Below, in pieces: positions 54,669 to 64,000 of a stretch of 64,000 bases of DNA. The position numbers and the translations under genes are program-made. Source of the stretch: Chitinophagales bacterium (GTDB lineage Bacteria > Bacteroidota > Bacteroidia > Chitinophagales > JADIYW01); contig JAXLTX010000002.1 in the NCBI GenBank assembly GCA_046329775.1, forward strand, positions 530,231 through 594,230, in the 5' to 3' direction. The notes beneath the pieces were generated by a model. It saw only the letters and a program-made list of their open reading frames with translations, did not search any database and was not told the DNA's origin. The stretch's first letter is position 1. Each line of letters begins with the position of its first letter.

Positions 54669-57600
54669 TTACAGTTTCATCAGTTTAGAATAATAACTTC
54701 GTTCTCCCGATTGTATTTGCAGATAATAAGCCCCTTTGCTCCAGGCGGCAAAATCAGGAATTCCCAATGGGTTTTTACCGTTCTGAAGGATCAGTTTTTT
54801 GGTAAACTGCAATTGCCCGGATGTATTGTAGACCAGAATCGTTGAAGGTGTCTGTACCTTATTCTTAAATTCAACCATGATGTCATTGCCCGAAATATAG
54901 GCCGTTGCAGCAAAGGGATTTTGCTTCACACCAACGCTTGGTGCAAAATATACCGAATCGATCAGGCTGTAGGTAAATTTATTCGTGTTATCCACCATCT
55001 TGATTCTGTAATAATAGACACCACTGCTGGCATTCAGTTCATGCAGGAAATCATACAAGGTGGTATTGGAAGAGAAGCCACCGGCAGGCACCGTATCAAC
55101 ATCAATGAAGGTAGCCGCATCAAAAGAATATTGAATTACAAATTCCTTGCTGTTCACCTCTCTGGTGGTTTTCCAGGTCAACAGGACATCGTCATTTAGG
55201 ATTTGGGCAGAAAAGTCCAGCAAATTGATATTTTGTATGGCATCCGCATCCTGTTTGGTACTCAACAGGTAGAATTCACCTAATGTATCCGTCGTAAATT
55301 CCACGAAATAGCCGTTTTCATATGGATAAAACTGAATTTCCTGTGGTGTGAAATACCTGTAGTAAGACTTAACATGATTATCAATGATATCGAGATTCGT
55401 GTTCAGTCCGATATATCGCAGCAGGTTCATGTCACCCATCCTGTTGATGGAATCTTCATTCAGTATGTAATTGGTGTATTCATTATTGAGGATATACAGT
55501 CGCACCTTATAGTTTCCTGCAACATTATTTTGAGGCTTAATTACCCAGTTACGCGGAAAGATATTTTTATCATTCAGCACTTTCAGTTTATCCTGATTGG
55601 CTTCATATCCCAACAGCACATTACCCAGACTCTTATTGTCATCATGCAATTCGGCTACCAGTCGCCCATTTCTGTGAAACTGTATCCAGCCATTGCCCAA
55701 TGAAGTCTGAGAAACGTATCCTGAATCCGTGGTTGCGATTTCCTCAAAATCATTAAAGATGCGAAGATCATCAATTCCCAAACCTTCAGATATGACGAAA
55801 TCATCCGACATGAAATGAATACGATACATGAAATTAGATGGATCTGCCAATCCTGCCAGCGGTATCATAAGATGTGCCACCTGCCATGGGTAGGTAACCC
55901 TGTCCCAGTAAGGTTTGCTTTGAAAGCCGTTGTACCAGTTCAATCCGCAATTATAACATCCAAGCCTCTGCCAGTCTGTTCCGTTTGTAGAATATTCTGC
56001 ATAAGCGGAATCGGATTTGGTCTGCATCACCGAAATGAAATTAAAGGAAACCAGGGGATCTTCATTGAGTGCTGAAAAATCCATACATCCCATATACAAG
56101 TATGAATCTTCATTAAAATTATACCCCTTTTCTATTCCTGTCGTCCAGGCCTTGCTATCCTGAGCGGCATTGTTCATATTATACTTCAACGGTGTTCCCC
56201 ATACCCATGAGTTATTTACGCCCTCGGAAAAGACATTTCCGTTATTGGTTTCAAAGTCATTATAGTAAGGAAATGAATCGATGGTCTGCATCACGATGAC
56301 GGATGTTTCAAACGTATCATTCTGCCTGTTTCTGTCACCTGCATTTTCTGCCCACGCCTGAAGGGTGTAATAACCGGGTGCATTATCATCAAACATAGTG
56401 GAAAACACATAAGAGAGCGTGTCTCCCGGTGCAATGGTGGAAGGAATAAGTTCCGTGACTACCGGATCATTTCCGGCTTTGTAAGATACCGGAAGGTTAC
56501 TGATCGGCAATGCGGAATTATTTTTCACGGTGATGGTAAGCGGCTGTGCGACAAAGCTTTTTGCACAATGTACTTTCTTGATTTTTGCATTCGTTACGGC
56601 CACATCCCTGCCGGCATTATACAGCTTGAAATCGTCAAATGAGTAACCTCCGCTCGCATAAGGGGTTGTAGCCGCATTTACACCGGTTTGCTGTATCTTC
56701 AACTGCGTGGAGCTGGAAAAATTTTGTCCATTTTCAATTTTTAATTTCTGATAAAGATTCACTTCCGCCACTTTTTTGTAGGTTCCGGCATTTCCTCTGT
56801 TTGCAAACAGGTCATACAATCTCACCCAAGGCTTTGCGTCATCTCCTCTCACAAAAACAAGATCATTACTATCCGGTTCAGACCTGTTGAGGTAAGTAAA
56901 ATCCAACAATAAGACAGAATCGACATAATTGGACAGGTTATATGTGAATATCAGTTCATTTTTTCTGGCCACCGTACCAATATAGTTATCCAGTGTAATA
57001 CTTCTGGAACCCGAGTTGGCGTACAGATTACCTTCATTCGACCTTAATCTGCCTCCGTTTTCAGGATAATAATCTGCATAATCCAATCCTTTTATGCCAA
57101 AGGTGTTATTGCTCAACTGGGTATTGACGGATTCAAATGATTCTGAAAATGGCAGCACCAGTGGGGCATTCGGTAAATGTCTGACCGTATAAGAGAGTGT
57201 ATCGTTCTGTGTATTATTATCCCCCGGAAGAGTGGTCCATGCTGTAATGTTGTAGTTGCCAACAGCACTCATATCTTCAATATTGACGGTAAAATTCATA
57301 ATGGAAGTATCGTTAGCCGTTACCACATCCGTGAGGGTTGCCGTTCTGATCGGTCCACCGTTCACCTTGTACGATACAGGTATTGAGTTTTGCGTAGCCG
57401 TACCGAAATTCTTAATGATAAAAGACATCTTTTCGGCATTGCTGAGCGTCGAAGAGGTGAATTTTCTGCCTCCTAAAGGTCTGAACATTGCGTAAACCCC
57501 CACGTCATTCAATGTTGTACAGGTATTGGCGGCAGGTGTAAAAGAATTTGCGAGACTATGATTACCTTCCATGCCATTCTTGATGGTGGAAATGGAATAC

Positions 57601-59906
57601 ATATATGCCTTGCCATTGATCAGATTATTTATTGTGTACGTGAGCAAATTCGTTTGACCGACCAGTACCCAGGCCGTGTCTACAAAGAGATAAACCTTAT
57701 AGCCGGTGGCACCTCCAACTGCCGGCCAGTTAATCTTAACCGTTCTATCGCATACCGTGTGATTGATGGAAGGGTAGAATATCTGGGTTCCCACGCTGAA
57801 TGTTGACGCAGATATCGCGATATTGTTGCCCGATGTAATTTTCATAAGACACTGATTGCTGACAATATCAGGTAGCCCCCAGGTGTAATTTTGTGCAGAT
57901 AATTGCTGATTGTTTGTGACTGTCTGCCAGCTGGCACCATTATCGGAAGAGAATTCAATCTTTGCCAGAGAGTCAACACCGTTTGCATACCATTTGATTG
58001 CCACATTTCCCGGATCCAGCAGCTCTCCGCCGTTGGGATGTGTCAGTTCAATCTTTCTTTCCTGTGCATAATACGCTACAGCGTAATCCTGTGGACCAAA
58101 GGGAACCTGTTTACCTTTAACCACTATGGTGTAGATGCCGGCTGCAGGTTTATCCATCGTTATCTGTTCATTCGTATTGATATCATCGATTCCTCTGAAT
58201 GCCGGTCCTTTGGGGTTTGCAGGATTTAATTTCCAGGGCAAAACCGTATCACCAGCAGGAGTAACCAATTTCACATCCAGATTATTCACAATGGATTGAT
58301 CTGCTATAGGACTGCCTTCTTTGTCTGTCCACGACAATGTTACTTTTAACAGGGAGATATTTGAAGGGACTGCAATAGGATATGACTTAAATTCATTTTG
58401 GCTGGCATTGCCCTCAAAAAATAAATTATTCGCTATTGATGCAACAGCTCTGTATGCATCCGGTTTACCAAAACCATATACGTAATCAGGCCCGGGGTTA
58501 CCTAAATCTCTGGCTGTATTGATCAGAATTGCTTTAATAAGAGAAGCATTAGGTATTGAAGAAAACTGCATTTTGTATTTTTGATACAACAGCGCCGATA
58601 ATGCTGAAACCTGAGGAGCTGCGTAAGAAGAACCATAAACATCTCCAGCTAAATTATTTGGTAATAGAGTTGATACTGCATATCCCTTTGCAACTAATTC
58701 GGGTTTAATACGGCCGTCCTGTGTCGGTCCTCTTCCACTATTTTCAACAGCTTTTTCACTGGAGAATAGCCATCCAATAGTTAGTGCATTTTTACATCCC
58801 TGAAACCCTATATCCACAGAACTGAATGTATCCGTTGCAACAGCACAGGCAGCGGATGCAGAATTACCAACGGCTACCACCGGCAACAACGTAGGGTTAT
58901 CATACACCAATTTATCCATATCCGCGGCTTCCGGTATATATAAACCTGATTGAAAACAATTGGTAGCGGCAAAATTATAAGAATGATTAGAAATATCAAT
59001 CGAATGGATGGCTTTCCCATCAGCAACTTCCTGGACTATATCGTTTAATACATCCCAATAATACATATTGCACCTTGGTGCAATACTTTTTAGTGATGAA
59101 GAAAAATCCCCACTCCCCCCAATACAACCGGCAACTTCGGTTGGATGAGCCATATAAGGTAATGAACTATTCTGTTTATCAATAACAAAATTTTTATTTA
59201 CAGGTAAATCAATATGAAATCCATATGCACCATCATCCCATATACCAACATTTACCCCTTCACCCTTTAGATTAAACCCAAAAGGTTGTTCTTCTTGTAT
59301 TTGTTTTACTCCAAGCATTATACTTCCTTCATATATCAAGGGATTTCTTGTAGGATAATATTTGGTGATAAAATAGACAAACGGATATTCAGCCAGCTCC
59401 TTCAATTGCCGTGCATTGACATCTGCTGAAAAATGGTGATGCTTCGTATCGTTATGGATGATACGGATGCCAATCTTCAGTGCCATTTCGCTTAAAGCGT
59501 TTTCACTTACCGTGAATGCATACATTACAGACACCGGAATAGCGGCAGTGGCATCTGTCAATGTTTCATCAATTTTTGATGTGGCAGAGAGATATCCAAT
59601 TTTATCGGATGGTAGGGATTGCAACAAGGAGACCGTCTTAGCGGCATCCGTAGCCACCAGGTAATATCCATCACCCAGATAAGTCTGAATGTCGAATCCT
59701 TTTTCATTCAAAAAAGACGCAGAATTGTTTTTGGGATGAACAACAAGGTAATCTTTATTGTCAAATCGGAAATCAGCGGTATTCATTTTAGCGGCAGGGT
59801 TATTCAAAAAAGCCGGGTTGATTTCAACTAATTGTAAACTGTTTTTTGAAAACAAAACGGTGATATTTGCAACAAAAAGCAGCAACAAAGTAAAAGTCTT
59901 TGTCAT
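54669..59906 (-). CDS. S8 (subtilisin-like) serine peptidase, multi-domain, with T9SS C-terminal sorting domain
   Basis: Catalytic triad contexts GIWDDG (Asp), HPTEVAG (His), GSSYAAPQVS (Ser). A signal peptide is present. The C-terminal ~80 aa resemble a type A sorting domain (...YYLQIQSGERSYYSKLMKL). Confidence 0.85.
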   Translation of the reverse strand: MTKTFTLLLLFVANITVLFSKNSLQLVEINPAFLNNPAAKMNTADFRFDNKDYLVVHPKNNSASFLNEKGFDIQTYLGDGYYLVATDAAKTVSLLQSLPSDKIGYLSATSKIDETLTDATAAIPVSVMYAFTVSENALSEMALKIGIRIIHNDTKHHHFSADVNARQLKELAEYPFVYFITKYYPTRNPLIYEGSIMLGVKQIQEEQPFGFNLKGEGVNVGIWDDGAYGFHIDLPVNKNFVIDKQNSSLPYMAHPTEVAGCIGGSGDFSSSLKSIAPRCNMYYWDVLNDIVQEVADGKAIHSIDISNHSYNFAATNCFQSGLYIPEAADMDKLVYDNPTLLPVVAVGNSASAACAVATDTFSSVDIGFQGCKNALTIGWLFSSEKAVENSGRGPTQDGRIKPELVAKGYAVSTLLPNNLAGDVYGSSYAAPQVSALSALLYQKYKMQFSSIPNASLIKAILINTARDLGNPGPDYVYGFGKPDAYRAVASIANNLFFEGNASQNEFKSYPIAVPSNISLLKVTLSWTDKEGSPIADQSIVNNLDVKLVTPAGDTVLPWKLNPANPKGPAFRGIDDINTNEQITMDKPAAGIYTIVVKGKQVPFGPQDYAVAYYAQERKIELTHPNGGELLDPGNVAIKWYANGVDSLAKIEFSSDNGASWQTVTNNQQLSAQNYTWGLPDIVSNQCLMKITSGNNIAISASTFSVGTQIFYPSINHTVCDRTVKINWPAVGGATGYKVYLFVDTAWVLVGQTNLLTYTINNLINGKAYMYSISTIKNGMEGNHSLANSFTPAANTCTTLNDVGVYAMFRPLGGRKFTSSTLSNAEKMSFIIKNFGTATQNSIPVSYKVNGGPIRTATLTDVVTANDTSIMNFTVNIEDMSAVGNYNITAWTTLPGDNNTQNDTLSYTVRHLPNAPLVLPFSESFESVNTQLSNNTFGIKGLDYADYYPENGGRLRSNEGNLYANSGSRSITLDNYIGTVARKNELIFTYNLSNYVDSVLLLDFTYLNRSEPDSNDLVFVRGDDAKPWVRLYDLFANRGNAGTYKKVAEVNLYQKLKIENGQNFSSSTQLKIQQTGVNAATTPYASGGYSFDDFKLYNAGRDVAVTNAKIKKVHCAKSFVAQPLTITVKNNSALPISNLPVSYKAGNDPVVTELIPSTIAPGDTLSYVFSTMFDDNAPGYYTLQAWAENAGDRNRQNDTFETSVIVMQTIDSFPYYNDFETNNGNVFSEGVNNSWVWGTPLKYNMNNAAQDSKAWTTGIEKGYNFNEDSYLYMGCMDFSALNEDPLVSFNFISVMQTKSDSAYAEYSTNGTDWQRLGCYNCGLNWYNGFQSKPYWDRVTYPWQVAHLMIPLAGLADPSNFMYRIHFMSDDFVISEGLGIDDLRIFNDFEEIATTDSGYVSQTSLGNGWIQFHRNGRLVAELHDDNKSLGNVLLGYEANQDKLKVLNDKNIFPRNWVIKPQNNVAGNYKVRLYILNNEYTNYILNEDSINRMGDMNLLRYIGLNTNLDIIDNHVKSYYRYFTPQEIQFYPYENGYFVEFTTDTLGEFYLLSTKQDADAIQNINLLDFSAQILNDDVLLTWKTTREVNSKEFVIQYSFDAATFIDVDTVPAGGFSSNTTLYDFLHELNASSGVYYYRIKMVDNTNKFTYSLIDSVYFAPSVGVKQNPFAATAYISGNDIMVEFKNKVQTPSTILVYNTSGQLQFTKKLILQNGKNPLGIPDFAAWSKGAYYLQIQSGERSYYSKLMKL

Positions 59907-59981
59907 AAATGGTAAGATTTAGTATAAATATAAGATTTTCAGTCGAAAATGACAATTAATTCGTTTTACACAAACTGTGAA

Positions 59982-62366
59982 CTATTTCATTTCTACCAAG
60001 GTGATGCCGTCGCCGCCAAATTGTTCACTCTCGTACCTGAATGATTTGACATGCGGATATTTTTTCAGGTAAAATTGCACCGCCTGCTTTAATGCACCTG
60101 TTCCTCTCCCATGAATAATCTTTATATTATGAATGCCATACATGATGGCTCTGTCCATAAAGTTATCCAACGCGGTCAATGCCTCGTCCTTCATCAATCC
60201 GCGCAGATCAAGATTGTAATCAAATTCGCTTTTCTCAATCAGTATCTTGGAAGAGAAGCTGTTTCTTTTCAGCTCCGGTTGCTTTTTTGTATTTCCAACC
60301 GGTATCAATGCATGCAGCTTTGTTTTGGTTTGTATGTTGCCGAATGCCACCAGCGCCGTATTGTTCTTGATTTCCAACACTTCTCCTGTTTCTGTTCCTT
60401 CTTCCAATCTCACCTTAGAACCGACCTTAATCACTTGTTCGGTCTGTAATGCGGCAGTCTCAGGGACATCATCCAGTTTCTTTTCAATCTGCTCTCTGTT
60501 ATCGTCAATATAATTTCTAACTTCTAAAAATTTTTCTTTATTGTTTTTTTCTTCTTTCCACGTACGCATCTCATTTTCCAGATTTCTGCTTTCATCATTA
60601 AATCTGTCTAACAAACGTGCTTCATATTGTTTCAGCAATCGCTTCTTTTCTTTCTCTAATTCTTTATTCAATTGCTCATAGCTTTTCGTCAAATCCTGCA
60701 ATTGTGATTCTTTTATCTGCACATTTTTACGCAGACCTTTGATAAAATGCTTTTCCGTTTGAATATCCGTCAATACATCGTCCAGTACTTTCTTATTATC
60801 GCCGATTTTATTTGCCGCACTATTGATAATGGCTTCAGACAAACCGCTTTTTTTTGCAATCTCGAATGTAAAAGAGCTGCCCGGTTGTCCGACCTGCAAT
60901 TGATATAACGGTTTTAATTGTCTGGTATCAAATGCCATCGCACCGCTCTGCATATTTTCGGTATTAGCAGCATATACTTTTAAGTTATTAAAATGCGTGG
61001 TAATCACACCAAATACATTTTTCTGGTGTAAACTTTCCAGGATAGCTTCTGCCATTGGTCCACCTAATGCCGGATCGGTGCCCATACCCATTTCATCAAT
61101 CAATACAAGTGTTTTCGCAGTAGCTTTTGATAAAAAATAATTCATATTGGTCAAATGCGAACTGTAGGTACTTAAATCATTTTCTATAGATTGTTCATCG
61201 CCGATATCTACAAATAAATTATCAAAAACGGATAGCACAGAATTTTCTTTGGCAGGAATCAACATGCCGAATTGGAACATTAATTGAATCAATCCAATTG
61301 ATTTTAAGATGATAGACTTGCCACCTGCATTTGGACCTGAAATCACCACTATCCTGTTTTTATCATCCAGCAAAATGGTGTTATCTATAATGGGTTTATG
61401 TTGCTTTTTATGATGGTGGTACAACACCGGATGCACAAATTCGCGTAAATAAATATGCCGTTCTTTAGATATTTGAGGTAGGGTGCAATTATAATTAATG
61501 CCAAAATATGCTTTTGCACGAATTACATCCAGCTCACTCATCAATACTTGCAAAGATTCAATATTCTCTTTATAAGGCTGGATTTTGGAAGTAATGTCTA
61601 CTAAAATTTTATGAATTTCGCGGCGTTCGTCCAGGTATAATTCTGTGAGTTCATTATTCAGAAAAACTGTTTCATTCGGTTCAATATAAGTGATATTTCC
61701 ATTATCACTTTCATCGGTAATCAGTCCTTTTATACTGCGTTTATATTCGGATTTCACCGACAATACCCGTCTGCCATCACGAATGGTTTCTTCGGTATCT
61801 GCTAAAACATTTTGTTGCTTATGCGATGACAACACCCGACGAAAAACAGCATTAATTTCCTGTATTTTTTCGTGAATTTGCTTTCTGATTTTGGATAATT
61901 CAGGCGTTGCATTTTCTCTTACGATTTCTTTATCAATATCAATAACTTTTGAAATAGAAGCTATTAATCCCAATTCTAAATTATAGTCTGTAATTTTTTC
62001 TGTTAAAAACGGATATAATTGCTGTCTTGCTTTTGGTGTAAAAAAACGAAAGACTTCTGCCACCGCACTTAATGCGTAATATAACTCAATCAGTTCTTTC
62101 ACATCCAGGTAATAATTGTCGATTTTTAACTTAATCAAAAACGGCAATTCATTAAAACCATATTGAGGCAGCTGCGTATCATTCTCTATAATTTCTTTAG
62201 CTTCTTTTACAAATTGAAGCTGCTTATTCAAAACATCCAAATCCGTTATGAATGTTTGCTTCAATAATAACTGTTTACCCAAACTTCCGGAACAAAGGCT
62301 TTCCAGTTCTTTTAAAATAAAAGGGAAATCTAATTTTTCTAAACTATTTTTAGGATAATGGTGCAT
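59982..62366 (-). CDS. mutS2: Endonuclease MutS2 (MutS domain V ATPase plus Smr domain)
   Basis: Walker A GPNAGGKS, DEMGMGTDP, coiled-coil linker, and a C-terminal Smr domain (LDLRGL...IIHGRGTGALK). Confidence 0.9.
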   Translation of the reverse strand: MHHYPKNSLEKLDFPFILKELESLCSGSLGKQLLLKQTFITDLDVLNKQLQFVKEAKEIIENDTQLPQYGFNELPFLIKLKIDNYYLDVKELIELYYALSAVAEVFRFFTPKARQQLYPFLTEKITDYNLELGLIASISKVIDIDKEIVRENATPELSKIRKQIHEKIQEINAVFRRVLSSHKQQNVLADTEETIRDGRRVLSVKSEYKRSIKGLITDESDNGNITYIEPNETVFLNNELTELYLDERREIHKILVDITSKIQPYKENIESLQVLMSELDVIRAKAYFGINYNCTLPQISKERHIYLREFVHPVLYHHHKKQHKPIIDNTILLDDKNRIVVISGPNAGGKSIILKSIGLIQLMFQFGMLIPAKENSVLSVFDNLFVDIGDEQSIENDLSTYSSHLTNMNYFLSKATAKTLVLIDEMGMGTDPALGGPMAEAILESLHQKNVFGVITTHFNNLKVYAANTENMQSGAMAFDTRQLKPLYQLQVGQPGSSFTFEIAKKSGLSEAIINSAANKIGDNKKVLDDVLTDIQTEKHFIKGLRKNVQIKESQLQDLTKSYEQLNKELEKEKKRLLKQYEARLLDRFNDESRNLENEMRTWKEEKNNKEKFLEVRNYIDDNREQIEKKLDDVPETAALQTEQVIKVGSKVRLEEGTETGEVLEIKNNTALVAFGNIQTKTKLHALIPVGNTKKQPELKRNSFSSKILIEKSEFDYNLDLRGLMKDEALTALDNFMDRAIMYGIHNIKIIHGRGTGALKQAVQFYLKKYPHVKSFRYESEQFGGDGITLVEMK

Positions 62367-63151
62367 TACTTGTACATTTTCAGGATGGAGTCTGTGAGTA
62401 AACTGTAGATCCGATGTAAATGTTCATCTTCTTGTTTCAGTAAATATAAATGTTTGTCTATAATTTCCATATCATTTCTTCTGGCCGGTCCAGTTTGTGC
62501 GTCTTTTGGAGAAATGGTATCAATTTTATGGATGGTTTCATGAATTAACGGCATTAATAATTGATAATCGAGCTGATGTTTTTCACAATATTCCTGTGCA
62601 ACTGCAAATAAATGATTGGAAAAATTATTGACAAAAACTGCAGCAATATGCAAATGCTTGCGTTGTTCGTCCGTATACTCATACACTTTACGGCTGAGTA
62701 ATTTTGCCAACTCTTTAATTTCTTCTTTAAATGAGTTATTATTAGACGTTATCAAAAAGGGAACTTCACTTATATCTATTTTTTTTGTTTTGGAAAAAGA
62801 TTGAAGCGGATATAAAATTCCTGTATTGGTTGCATTTTCAAAAACATCCAACCCAACAGATCCTGAAGTATGCACCATTTTCATGTCGGGCTTTTTTTGC
62901 AAAATAAAATGAGACAAGGTTTTAATTACTTCGTCTTTCACTGCAAAAATCAGCAAATCAACATCTAAGTTCAGTTCGTCTAAATCACAAATGTAGATGG
63001 AATTTGCCTGCCAGGCTAAAACTTCAGAGTTATCACAGGTTTGACTGTATATCTGCTGAATGGTAATGCCTTTTTTAGAAAAAGCTTTTGCCAAATGAGT
63101 TGCCACATTGCCGCTACCGATGAATGCTATTTTTTTTATTGCTGATTCCAA
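62366..63151 (-). CDS. Rossmann-fold NAD(P)-binding protein, DUF2520-type
   Basis: IAFIGSGNVATHLAKAF N-terminal dinucleotide fold. Its stop overlaps the mutS2 start by 1 nt. Confidence 0.65.
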   Translation of the reverse strand: MESAIKKIAFIGSGNVATHLAKAFSKKGITIQQIYSQTCDNSEVLAWQANSIYICDLDELNLDVDLLIFAVKDEVIKTLSHFILQKKPDMKMVHTSGSVGLDVFENATNTGILYPLQSFSKTKKIDISEVPFLITSNNNSFKEEIKELAKLLSRKVYEYTDEQRKHLHIAAVFVNNFSNHLFAVAQEYCEKHQLDYQLLMPLIHETIHKIDTISPKDAQTGPARRNDMEIIDKHLYLLKQEDEHLHRIYSLLTDSILKMYK

Positions 63152-63233
63152 TTGCCTATTTAAGAGTACAAAAATAGACTATTTAGCGCTATTTCAACAT
63201 ATCTGCTCTTTTATTAAAGAAATTTGAGATGAA

Positions 63234-63686
63234 TCAACGTTGTGTTTTCAAGTGATTGCTATCATCATTCCTTGGAAGTATGATATTAATAAATGGAATA
63301 GTGGAAATAACCGCATCAGCCGAAATGATTTTTGGCGGATCAAAATTTTGATCGTCTATTCTAACAATTTCAATTAGTGAAAATTTGTTTTGTTGATCAA
63401 CAAGGAAATAAGCACCACCGCCAATTTTTATAAATTCTTTACCTTTACTCTGTAAAAAAAGATCTATTTCATGCTGTGTTACCGTTACTCTTTTATCTAA
63501 AGCATATATTCGATTAAACTGACCGCTTATTAATTGCCCTGCCACAGCATCTGGCGGCACTATATATACATCTGCGATTAAATTTGGTTCGTTGCAACTA
63601 ATACAAAATGGCGCTGTATCGTCTGCAATGGCATGTTGAATGGCAATTGTGATGAATAGTACAAAGAGTAGACTTAACTTTTTCAT
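63234..63686 (-). CDS. Hypothetical secreted protein
   Basis: Signal peptide MKKLSLLFVLFITIAIQHAIA. No recognised domain. Confidence 0.5.
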   Translation of the reverse strand: MKKLSLLFVLFITIAIQHAIADDTAPFCISCNEPNLIADVYIVPPDAVAGQLISGQFNRIYALDKRVTVTQHEIDLFLQSKGKEFIKIGGGAYFLVDQQNKFSLIEIVRIDDQNFDPPKIISADAVISTIPFINIILPRNDDSNHLKTQR

Positions 63687-63890
63687 AGTTTTATAAAATA
63701 TATTTTCAGCCTTACTTACAGGAAACTAAAAATCTAGTTATGGTATTCTTGAACGCATTAAAATCAATTATTGGCAACGTTTAGAACACAAGATTAAGGA
63801 TGATAACGATTTCAATAATTATGTTATTAATGATCATCCTGTAATCAAAAAAGAAGGATGCCGGTTTATAAGCACCAACATCCATTCATT

Positions 63891-64000
63891 TTATTCTTTA
63901 ATCAACTTTTCTATATGTTTAACACCAGATGCATCTGTAAATGAAATCAAATACGTACCGGCAGGTTGACCATTTAAATCAACTATTAGTTGATTTAATC
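63891..64000 (-). CDS. C-terminal fragment of a T9SS-sorted protein (5' end outside window)
   Basis: The minus strand reads ...VDLNGQPAGTYLISFTDASGVKHIEKLIKE*, a pattern typical of T9SS C-terminal sorting domains. Confidence 0.5.
   Translation of the reverse strand, partial: LNQLIVDLNGQPAGTYLISFTDASGVKHIEKLIKE

Overview
This is a 64-kb chromosomal window that looks like a Bacteroidota genome. The evidence is T9SS-type C-terminal sorting domains, TAnnTTTG -7 promoter boxes, a DUF1573 protein and adjacent parE-parC. Most of the window is ordinary core genome: an aldehyde dehydrogenase, a B12-binding radical SAM enzyme, a GMC oxidoreductase, a frameshifted P450, SMC, ParC/ParE, an MltF-like transglycosylase, a penicillin-acylase-family protein, a DEAD-box helicase, an ABC exporter, split MnmC/MnmD, a 1745-aa T9SS S8 protease and MutS2. 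Two accessory patches stand out. (1) At about 4.73-7.89 kb there is a low-GC islet with a small membrane ORF and a type II R-M pair (m5C methyltransferase plus a BsuBI/PstI-like endonuclease). It is bounded by a direct TTAGCA repeat and contains a large imperfect palindrome laid out like an integron attC site (R''-L''...L'-R'). No integrase is present in the window. (2) At about 15.88-21.28 kb, directly downstream of tRNA-Arg(UCG), there is a dense nested pile-up of hairpin repeats built around one intact and one 5'-truncated IS200-like Y1/HUH transposase of the REP-associated (RAYT) type. It also holds MITE-like derivatives, a second hairpin repeat family with compensatory stem changes, a truncated IS3 transposase, and several gene remnants and small membrane ORFs. 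A tightly packed operon (SpoIIM-like, DUF4129, DUF4350, MoxR, DUF58) bracketed by two RDD genes (34.5-42.3 kb) is a conserved module of unknown function. All family assignments come from reading motifs in the supplied translations; no database search was run.
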